Assembly (NCBI GenBank): GCA_043804515.1
Contig: JAZDIZ010000113.1
Span: 1 to 16,619 of the forward strand
Reading direction: 5' to 3'
DNA from: Pseudomonadota bacterium
GTDB taxonomy: Bacteria; Bdellovibrionota_G; JALEGL01; DATDPG01
Length of the DNA: 16,619 nt
The stretch's first letter is position 1. Each line of letters opens with the position of its first letter. The position numbers and the translations under genes were made by a program. Shown piece after piece: positions 8,643 to 15,141 of this stretch. The notes beneath the pieces were generated by a model. That model saw only the letters and a program-made list of their open reading frames with translations, was not told where the DNA came from and did not search any database.

Positions 8643-9659
8643 GTGACGATCCAAATTGCAATCGTGGGGTTCGGCCGGATCGGCCGAAACATTTTCAGAA
8701 TCCTTCATGCCCAGGACGAGATCCAGGTGGTGGCGATTGCCGACATCGCCGAGCCGAAGACGATGGAGTACCTCCTGCGGTACGACACCGTTCACGGCCG
8801 GTTCCCGGATCCCGTGTCCGCGAAAGGCGATTACTTCTACGTGAAAGGGCGCCAGATCCGGTACCTCACGGCGCGCGAGCCGGGCGAGGTGAACTGGAAA
8901 GAGCTCGGCGCCGATATCGTCGTGGAGGCCACCGCCAAGTACAGGACGAAGGCCTGGCTCCAGAAGCATCTGACGGCGGGCGCGAAGCGGGTGGTTCTGA
9001 CCGCCCCCGCCACCGACGAAGTGGACGCCGTCATCGTGCGCGGCGTGAACGATCACATGCTGAAACCGTCGCACCGCCTCATCTCGACGAGTTCGGTCAC
9101 AACAAATTGCGTCACCCCGATCCTGAAGATTCTGAACGACGCGTTCGGCGTGGATCGGGCGTTCATGACGACGGTTCACGCATACACGAACGACCAGCGC
9201 CTGGCCGACGTTCCACATACGGACCTTCGGCGGTCCCGCGCGGCAGCCGAGAACATCATCCCGACGGAAACGTACGCGCCCAAGACGATCGCACGGATCC
9301 TCCCCGAGTTGGCGGGAAAATTGGACGGCATGGCCATGAACGTCCCGGTTCCGGACGGGTCGATGGTGGACCTTGTGACCGAGACCTCCCGCCCCGTCAC
9401 GGTCGAGGCGGTGAATGAGGTGGTTCGGAGTGCAGCCGGCAGCCGATACAAAGGAATCGTGGACTATGTCGACGACCCGATCGTTTCCAGCGATGTCATC
9501 GGCGATCCGCATTCCGCAATTTTCGATTCGCTTTCCACGAGCGTCATGGGCGACCGGATGGTCAAGACTCTGGCCTGGTACGACAACGGGTGGGGTTACG
9601 CCTGTCGCGTCGTGGAAGTCATCCGGCGTCTGGCCTCTTTCGAGGGAGCGCTGTCATGA
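8643..9659 (+). CDS. GAPDH-like protein lacking the catalytic cysteine (putative pseudo-enzyme); start GTG 8643 or 8634
   Basis: Full-length type I GAPDH homology (GFGRIGR, HAYTNDQ, ENIIP, GKLDG, PIVSSD, WYDN), but STSSVTTNC replaces SNASCTTNC, TETYAP replaces TTTGAA and AMNVP replaces AMRVP. Confidence 0.93.
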   Translation: MTIQIAIVGFGRIGRNIFRILHAQDEIQVVAIADIAEPKTMEYLLRYDTVHGRFPDPVSAKGDYFYVKGRQIRYLTAREPGEVNWKELGADIVVEATAKYRTKAWLQKHLTAGAKRVVLTAPATDEVDAVIVRGVNDHMLKPSHRLISTSSVTTNCVTPILKILNDAFGVDRAFMTTVHAYTNDQRLADVPHTDLRRSRAAAENIIPTETYAPKTIARILPELAGKLDGMAMNVPVPDGSMVDLVTETSRPVTVEAVNEVVRSAAGSRYKGIVDYVDDPIVSSDVIGDPHSAIFDSLSTSVMGDRMVKTLAWYDNGWGYACRVVEVIRRLASFEGALS

Positions 9660-10657
9660 AGATCCGCGTCGGAATCAACGGTTTTGGACGAATCGGACGA
9701 TCGGTGTACCGGATCGCGTATGCCCGGAAGGACATCGAGTTCGTGGCCGTCAACGACGTGACGGACCACAAGACGCTCGCGTACCTTCTCCGGTGGGACA
9801 CGGTGATGGGACCGCTCCATGAACCCGTTTCTCTTGAAGGGGACGCGCTCGCGGTGGCGCATCAGAAGACCAAGATGCTGAACGAACCCGATCCGGCCAA
9901 GATCCCGTGGAAGGATCTGGGAGTGGATATCGTCATCGAGTCCACGGGGCGGTTCCAAAAACGCGAGGATCTCGAAAAGCATCTTGCCGCGGGAGCGAAG
10001 AAAGTGCTTTTGACGGTCCCCGCGAAGGATGCGATCGACGCGATGATCGTGATCGGCGTGAACGAAGAAACACTCAAACCGGAACACAGGATCGTCTCGA
10101 ACGCTTCCTGCACGACCAACTGTTTGGGCCCGATCGTCAAGATATTGCACGACTCGTTCGGGATCGAGCGGGGGTTGATGACGACGGTGCACGCATACAC
10201 GAACGACCAGCGCCTTTCGGACTTCCCCCATAAGGACCCGCGGAGGGCGCGTGCCGCCAACGAGAACATCATCCCCACGACGACGGGCGCGGCCCGCGCC
10301 GTCGGAAAGGTGCTGCCCGCGCTCAACGGGAAACTGGACGGCATCGCGATGCGCGTTCCGTTGCCCGACGGGTCCATCGTCGACTTTGTGGCCCGCCTTT
10401 CCCGGAAAGTAACGGCCCAGGAAGTGAACGAAGCGGTCCGCAAAAGCGCGGAAGGAAAACACAAGGGGATCGTTCAGTATTCCACCGACCCCATCGTGTC
10501 CTCCGACATCATCGGCAACCCCCATTCCGCGATCTTCGATGCGCCGTTCACGCGCGTGTTGGGCGGAGACCTGATCAAGGTCGTGGCGTGGTACGACAAC
10601 GAGTGGGGGTACTCGAATCGGGTCGTGGACCTGCTGGCCAGAATGATGGCCCAATAG
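9656..10657 (+). CDS. gap: Type I glyceraldehyde-3-phosphate dehydrogenase (canonical, likely NAD-specific)
   Basis: INGFGRIGR, VND (Asp32), SNASCTTNCL (Cys codon 10109-10111), HAYTNDQ, DFPH (Pro188), IIPTTTGAA, AMRVP and WYDNEWGYS. ATG 9656 overlaps the upstream stop (ATGA); SD GAGGGAG at 9642-9648. Confidence 0.97.
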   Translation: MKIRVGINGFGRIGRSVYRIAYARKDIEFVAVNDVTDHKTLAYLLRWDTVMGPLHEPVSLEGDALAVAHQKTKMLNEPDPAKIPWKDLGVDIVIESTGRFQKREDLEKHLAAGAKKVLLTVPAKDAIDAMIVIGVNEETLKPEHRIVSNASCTTNCLGPIVKILHDSFGIERGLMTTVHAYTNDQRLSDFPHKDPRRARAANENIIPTTTGAARAVGKVLPALNGKLDGIAMRVPLPDGSIVDFVARLSRKVTAQEVNEAVRKSAEGKHKGIVQYSTDPIVSSDIIGNPHSAIFDAPFTRVLGGDLIKVVAWYDNEWGYSNRVVDLLARMMAQ

Positions 10658-10754
10658 GGCACGGACGCGGGCCGGCTACTTTTTGCGCTAGGCCGCATTT
10701 TTTGCAACCCGGCGGGGCATCAGGGCGGGCGTTCATCCGGAGGAATCACTAAGA

Positions 10755-10767
10755 ATTTAAGGGGTTA
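10755..10767 (+). promoter_or_regulatory. IHF-like binding site
   Basis: ATTTAAGGGGTTA matches 7 of 9 specified positions of WATCAANNNNTTR and lies just upstream of a sigma54 motif. Confidence 0.4.
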
Positions 10768-10792
10768 GCCCATTTCTCCCCGGACCCATCTT

Positions 10793-10808
10793 TGGCATCC
10801 ATCTTGCT
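10793..10808 (+). promoter_or_regulatory. Sigma54 (RpoN) -24/-12 promoter
   Basis: TGGCATCCATCTTGCT has the exact GG-N10-GC spacing with near-consensus flanks, about 40 nt before ATG 10849. Confidence 0.72.
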
Positions 10809-10848
10809 TTTCTCTTATCGGCATCAACTTTTTTTGAGGGGAGAGGCT

Positions 10849-11493
10849 ATGAAACGCATTGGTTTTTGGTTCGTTTTTCTCACGCTGGGTGTCTTCTTTC
10901 TGGGTTGTACCCAACACTACGGCTTTCAAACCGCCGGCACGCTCACAACCGGTTTGACCGTGTCTCAGACGCCGGGAGGCGATCTGACCGTTGCTCCGAG
11001 TGACACGCCGCCCTCGATCATTCCGGAGGTCAAGCCACCCGATGGCGGCGTCAACACGCCGGGAGATGGTTCAACGGAACCCGGATCCGAGCCCCCGAGT
11101 GATACGGATCCGCCCACCATCATTCCTCCGGGAACGGAACCCGGCGAAGGTTCGAGTTGCGCGACTCTGCGCGTGATCGCCCATCAGGTGACGGCGGCGT
11201 GGGTATACATGAACGATGCCCTGATCCTGGGCCCGAGCGACATCGACAAAGGCGACGCGGTTATCGTGGATCGCAATATCGACTTGAGCGAAGGGGACAA
11301 CACGCTGGCCCTGCGGATCGCCGGTAAACCCAACGGCAAGCTGAACGATCAGGGGACCTGTGCGCTTGAGGCCGATGGAGCGCAGATGACCGTCCAGATC
11401 TGGGATTGTTCGAAGGATCCCTCCGTGAAGGTCTTCGAGCTGTCCGTGATCCGGTGCACTAAGGCGCCGCAAGAAGCGTCAGGCACTATTTAA
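10849..11493 (+). CDS. Hypothetical lipoprotein with Pro-rich linker and C-terminal beta-sandwich-like domain
   Basis: GAGG/GGAG SD-like sequence before ATG 10849; signal peptide MKRIGFWFVFLTLGVFFLG-C (lipobox); P/G/T/E-rich linker; C-terminal domain homologous to the next gene. Confidence 0.82.
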   Translation: MKRIGFWFVFLTLGVFFLGCTQHYGFQTAGTLTTGLTVSQTPGGDLTVAPSDTPPSIIPEVKPPDGGVNTPGDGSTEPGSEPPSDTDPPTIIPPGTEPGEGSSCATLRVIAHQVTAAWVYMNDALILGPSDIDKGDAVIVDRNIDLSEGDNTLALRIAGKPNGKLNDQGTCALEADGAQMTVQIWDCSKDPSVKVFELSVIRCTKAPQEASGTI

Positions 11494-11530
11494 CGAGTTT
11501 CTCACCCAGCCCTCTCCCAGGTGCTGACCG

Positions 11531-11572
11531 AAACGCGGGAGGTTCCCCCCAGGGCCTCCCGCGTTTTCTTTT
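11531..11572 (+). terminator. Rho-independent terminator
   Basis: 12-bp perfect stem AAACGCGGGAGG/CCTCCCGCGTTT running into TTTTCTTTT, about 38 nt after the stop at 11493. Confidence 0.85.
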
Positions 11573-11657
11573 ATAGGCTGTGGAATATGTCCCGCGCGCT
11601 CCATTCTCGGGCCGCTCTATTTTTTTGTCATCCGAGGTTTGTCCAAATACGATGTAT

Positions 11658-11670
11658 TATCAATCCGTTA
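11658..11670 (+). promoter_or_regulatory. IHF consensus site
   Basis: TATCAATCCGTTA is an exact match to WATCAANNNNTTR. Confidence 0.55.
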
Positions 11671-11684
11671 CGCAGTTGCCGTCC

Positions 11685-11725
11685 GGGCATGGCCATTGAC
11701 AGCACGCGTTACTTCGTACTATAAC
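11685..11725 (+). promoter_or_regulatory. Promoter of the second lipoprotein gene: sigma70-like TTGACA-N18-TATAAC overlapping a degenerate sigma54-like GG-N10-GA
   Basis: TTGACA at 11696-11701 and TATAAC at 11720-11725; GGGCATGGCCATTGA at 11685-11699. Confidence 0.5.
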
Positions 11726-11784
11726 CTCCCCCGCACATAAGAATTGGCTGTAATAGACGAGAAGTTTTTTCGGGAGAGAACGCC

Positions 11785-12432
11785 ATGCAACACAAAAATT
11801 TCATGCCTCTGATTTTAGCTCTGTTGATCCTGCCGTTCTTTGTTCGTTGCGGAAGCCACGACATATTCGGATACGCCCAAAGAAGCTCAACGACGCTGAG
11901 TGTGTCAGGCAACGGCCCGCAGCAGCCGGGCTTTTCCGTCAATGAAGTGCCGCCGACGAACGGCCCCGGAACCATCCTCACTCCGACAACCGGTCCGACT
12001 CCCTGTGAAGTCCCCAACTGTCCTACGCCGACACCCACGGTGACGCCGACAACGCCGCCGGGAGAAAATACTCCGACACCTACGCCGACGCCCACAACCA
12101 CGCCCGTCACGTTCTGCGGTGAAATGGTCGTGACTCATGTAGGGGTTTCCGCAGCCCGGATCGACCTCAACGGCGATACGATCTTCGGCGAGAGCGACTT
12201 CCACAATGAGGGAAACAAGACCGGAATCCCGACGGTTTTGACCCATCAGATCACTCTGCTGGAGGGCTTGAACACTCTGGATGTGTATCTGCGTGGTTCG
12301 CCCGGCGATACGTTGAGGGTCCAGATTTTCTCGTGCGATGACAAGCTCTTCGAGCACGCGCTCTACGACCGTACGTTCGAGCGGGAGACCGGGAAGCCGC
12401 CCAAGGTGTCCGACACCTTCAATTCCAATTAG
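11785..12432 (+). CDS. Hypothetical (lipo)protein with Pro/Thr-repeat linker, paralogue of 10849-11493
   Basis: SD GGGAG upstream; signal peptide MQHKNFMPLILALLILPFFVR-C; PTPT repeats; C-terminal domain VSAARIDLNGDTIFGESDF...LLEGLNTLDVYLRGSPG...VQIFSC. Confidence 0.82.
   Translation: MQHKNFMPLILALLILPFFVRCGSHDIFGYAQRSSTTLSVSGNGPQQPGFSVNEVPPTNGPGTILTPTTGPTPCEVPNCPTPTPTVTPTTPPGENTPTPTPTPTTTPVTFCGEMVVTHVGVSAARIDLNGDTIFGESDFHNEGNKTGIPTVLTHQITLLEGLNTLDVYLRGSPGDTLRVQIFSCDDKLFEHALYDRTFERETGKPPKVSDTFNSN
11980..12105 (+). repeat. Low-complexity Pro-Thr coding repeat (linker)
   Basis: Translates as TPTTGPTPCEVPNCPTPTPTVTPTTPPGENTPTPTPTPTTTP. Confidence 0.8.
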
Positions 12433-12439
12433 GGGAAAT

Positions 12440-12531
12440 TGGGGACACGTACGAATTTCGCAGTTCCACGGAATTTAAGTAGCTTATGTGCTCAATTTCG
12501 CTGGCAATATCTTAATTGGTACGTGTCCCCA
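12440..12531. repeat. REP-doublet/MITE-like element with 18-bp terminal inverted repeats
   Basis: TGGGGACACGTACGAATT (12440-12457) and AATTGGTACGTGTCCCCA (12514-12531) are 17/18 complementary, with an AT-rich spacer, between convergent genes. Confidence 0.65.
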
Positions 12532-12539
12532 TTTGGGCT

Positions 12540-12974
12540 TCAGGCGGAAGGCACGTCGAGTTTCGCCAGCTCGATTCCCAGTTTCTGCGAGACTTCGAAG
12601 ATGCGCGGGTCGCGGTAGAATTCGCCGTAGCAGATCTTTGTGATCCCGGCGTTGGCGATCATTTTGAAGCACGACCAGCAGGGGCTTGCCGTCACGTAAA
12701 CCGTCGCCGAAGAAATATTCACTCCGTTCCGGGCCGCCTGGATGATCGCGTTGGCCTCCGCGTGGATCGTAGCCACGCAATGGCCGTTTTCCATCATGTG
12801 GCCGGCCTCGTCACAGTGGGGTAGCCCCCGGATGGATCCGTTGTAACCGGTCGAGAGGATCATCCGATCCCTTACGATAACGGATCCCACTGCCTTCCGG
12901 TCGCACGTGGAGCGTGTAGACACCTCCAGTGCGATCTTCATGAAATATCGGTCCCAACTCACGCGCTCAGGCAT
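12540..12974 (-). CDS. dCMP deaminase / ComEB-like zinc deaminase
   Basis: SWDRYFM, RSTC, STGYNG, HAEANA and SPCWSC zinc motifs. Confidence 0.93.
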   Translation of the reverse strand: MPERVSWDRYFMKIALEVSTRSTCDRKAVGSVIVRDRMILSTGYNGSIRGLPHCDEAGHMMENGHCVATIHAEANAIIQAARNGVNISSATVYVTASPCWSCFKMIANAGITKICYGEFYRDPRIFEVSQKLGIELAKLDVPSA

Positions 12975-12986
12975 CGGATCGGACCC

Positions 12987-14018
12987 CTAACCGCGAAGGA
13001 CGATCTTCCCGCATTTGCCCGACGCGACGACCTCCATCGCCTCCGGGAATTTCTTGAGCGGGAACGTGTGCGTGATGATCTTGGAGAGATCCACCAACCC
13101 GGACTGCACCAAGGCCTTCGAACGATACCAGGTGCGGAACATCTCACGGCCGTAGATCCCATACACCTTGGCGCCCTTCATGATGATGTGGTCGGTCAAA
13201 TCGAATTTCGGAGGCGCCGAGGGCAGCCCGAGCAAGGCCGCCGAGCCCCCGTTCTTAAGAACCCGAAAACCGTCCTCCATTCCTTTGACCGCGCCGGACA
13301 TTTCCAAGAGAACGTCCACGCCCTCCCCTTTGGTCTGGTCCATGATCGCCTCAAAAACGTCGGTCTTGGCCGCATCATAGACCGCCGTGGGACCCATCTT
13401 CCTCGCCAGGTCGATGCGATACGGGTTCACTTCCGTTGCATACACGGCTAGGGCCCCTTGCGCCTTCGCCACGGCGATCGACATGATCCCGATCGGCCCG
13501 CAGCCGGAAACCAGAACCGTCTTTCCGCTCACGCCTTCGCCTGCATGCACGGCGTGCACTGCGTTTCCGAAAGGCTCCAGAAGAGTGGCGATCTCCCAAG
13601 GCAGGCTGTCATCGTTGATCCAGGCGTTCCTGGCGGGAACCGCCAGGTACTCGGCGTAGGCTCTGGGTCGGTCCACGCCCACGACCTTCACGTTCCGGCA
13701 AACATGTTCCGCTCCCGTGCGGCATTGGTAGCAATGGCCGCACGTGATGTGCGTTTCCACCGAGACGTGCGAGCCGACCGGAACGTCCGAAACGTTGGCC
13801 CCCACCTCGACCACTTCGCCCGTGCACTCATGTCCGAACACCAGGGGCGTCTTGATCCGCGACGCCGACCAAGCGTCCCAATTGAAGATGTGAAGATCGG
13901 TACCGCATACCGAAGCGGCCTTCACCTTAATGAGAACCTCGTCCGGTGCGGGCCTGGGTACCGGGACATCGCCGAATTCAGCGCCGGGGGCCGGTCGGAC
14001 CTTGAGAAGTGCTTGCAC
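12987..14018 (-). CDS. tdh: L-threonine 3-dehydrogenase
   Basis: CGTDLHIFNWDAWS, GHE, ETHITCGHCYQCR...C zinc site, EPFGNAVH, GCGPIG, LEMSG and GIYGREMFRTWY. GTG start with SD AAAGGGAG. Confidence 0.93.
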   Translation of the reverse strand: MQALLKVRPAPGAEFGDVPVPRPAPDEVLIKVKAASVCGTDLHIFNWDAWSASRIKTPLVFGHECTGEVVEVGANVSDVPVGSHVSVETHITCGHCYQCRTGAEHVCRNVKVVGVDRPRAYAEYLAVPARNAWINDDSLPWEIATLLEPFGNAVHAVHAGEGVSGKTVLVSGCGPIGIMSIAVAKAQGALAVYATEVNPYRIDLARKMGPTAVYDAAKTDVFEAIMDQTKGEGVDVLLEMSGAVKGMEDGFRVLKNGGSAALLGLPSAPPKFDLTDHIIMKGAKVYGIYGREMFRTWYRSKALVQSGLVDLSKIITHTFPLKKFPEAMEVVASGKCGKIVLRG

Positions 14019-14063
14019 GGGAACTCCCTTTTCTGTGTGGTTTTTCGGAAAAACTCCGCGCGG

Positions 14064-14091
14064 AGTATAGCAACCCTTTTGCGCACCGCAA
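14064..14091 (-). promoter_or_regulatory. Sigma70-like promoter of tdh (extended -10)
   Basis: - strand TTGCGG-N16-TATACT with a TGn extension (TGC TATACT). Confidence 0.55.
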
Positions 14092-14126
14092 TATTGCGGG
14101 CCTGAAGATTCCTCTTTGGATCCGGA

Positions 14127-15101
14127 TCAACCTGGTTCGCCCGGCCGAGGGCGGGACCTCAACGAGCGGAGCACTTCCGCCAGCTCCGCGGAAAGCTCAT
14201 CCGAGAACATTTTTATTTCCCCTTCTTTGCCGAGAGGAATGCCGAGCTGGACCGCGTGAAGGAAGTGTCTCTTGAGGCCCGAATGGTCCCGGGCGTGGTC
14301 GCGTGCCGTTTGATAGATCCGGTCGCCGGCCAACGGGTGTTCGATCGAACTCAGGTGAACACGAACCTGGTGCATTCTCCCGGTCAACGTCCGCACTTCC
14401 AGAAGCGTGTAATCTCCGAACCTCTCCAGGGGCCGGTACATTGTGCGGGCTTCACGGACCCGCGACCGGAATGGCGCACCCTCTGTGACGGCCACCATCT
14501 TCCGCGGATTTTTGGCGTGATGGGCGACCGGGGTCGTGATCTCCCCGTCCGTCGCCACGTCTCCCAAAACCAGGGCCTGGTACACCTTTCGGATTTTCCG
14601 TTCGTCGAAAAACCCCCTCAGCGTTCGAAACGCCTCTTGAGTCCGGGCCACCACGATCAAACCCGAAGTGTCCGTGTCGAGGCGATGTACGATACCGGGC
14701 CGCAAGTGGTCATCTCCCACGTCCGCAATTTCCGGGAAACGGGCCAGCAGTGCGTTGGCAAGCGTGTTGAGGTCCTTATAGTCGTTCGGGTGCGTGGGAA
14801 TGCCCGCTGCTTTGGAAAACACGACGAGTTCCTCCGACTGCCAGACAATGTTGAGGGGAATCCCGGGATTCGGTGCAATGCGCCGCTCTTGCGGGAGAAC
14901 GAACGCGCCAACTTCCACCCGGTCCCCGGGGGCCAGAACGTGCCCTTTGCGTGCCGCGTAGCCGTTGACCGTGACCTGGCCCCGCTCGATCAACCCTTGC
15001 AGGAAAGCGCGGGAGATCCCGGCGAAGCGCTCGGCCAGAAAACGGTCCAAACGCGTCGTAGCATCGGCCGGTACCTCAAGACTCGTCGGCTTGGAGGGCA
15101 T
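14127..15101 (-). CDS. rluD: RluA-family 23S rRNA pseudouridine synthase with S4 domain (RluD-like)
   Basis: S4 domain (RLDRFLA...SRAFLQGLIERGQVTVNG), catalytic RPGIVHRLDTDTSG, TGRMHQVRVHL, HPLAGDRIY and FLHA. Confidence 0.88.
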   Translation of the reverse strand: MPSKPTSLEVPADATTRLDRFLAERFAGISRAFLQGLIERGQVTVNGYAARKGHVLAPGDRVEVGAFVLPQERRIAPNPGIPLNIVWQSEELVVFSKAAGIPTHPNDYKDLNTLANALLARFPEIADVGDDHLRPGIVHRLDTDTSGLIVVARTQEAFRTLRGFFDERKIRKVYQALVLGDVATDGEITTPVAHHAKNPRKMVAVTEGAPFRSRVREARTMYRPLERFGDYTLLEVRTLTGRMHQVRVHLSSIEHPLAGDRIYQTARDHARDHSGLKRHFLHAVQLGIPLGKEGEIKMFSDELSAELAEVLRSLRSRPRPGEPG

Positions 15102-15141
15102 AGCGGTACATTATTCGATTCGATGTTATACTTCGAGCGCT

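Noticed and set aside
8643..9659. Calling the first gap copy erythrose-4-phosphate dehydrogenase (epd) or NADP-dependent GapB
   Set aside because: Both enzymes keep the catalytic Cys, which is Val here; Asp32 and Pro188 also argue against NADP specificity.
8643..9659. Calling the first gap copy a pseudogene or a sequencing error
   Set aside because: There are no stops or frameshifts, codon usage looks normal, and several independent substitutions fall on substrate/catalytic sites. A single base error cannot explain this, though reads should still be checked.
8280..10654. Long antisense ORFs (410 aa, 352 aa) opposite the gap genes, and similar ones opposite glpD and pfkB
   Set aside because: These are typical shadow ORFs of GC-rich coding DNA, with no motifs, lying opposite well-supported genes.
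12440..12531. CRISPR array or integron attC site
   Set aside because: There is only one inverted pair, with no direct repeat-spacer periodicity and no RYYYAAC...GTTRRRY ends.
12540..12974. Anti-phage dCTP deaminase
   Set aside because: Short single-domain housekeeping-type deaminase without the N-terminal kinase-like domain, directly downstream of tdh.
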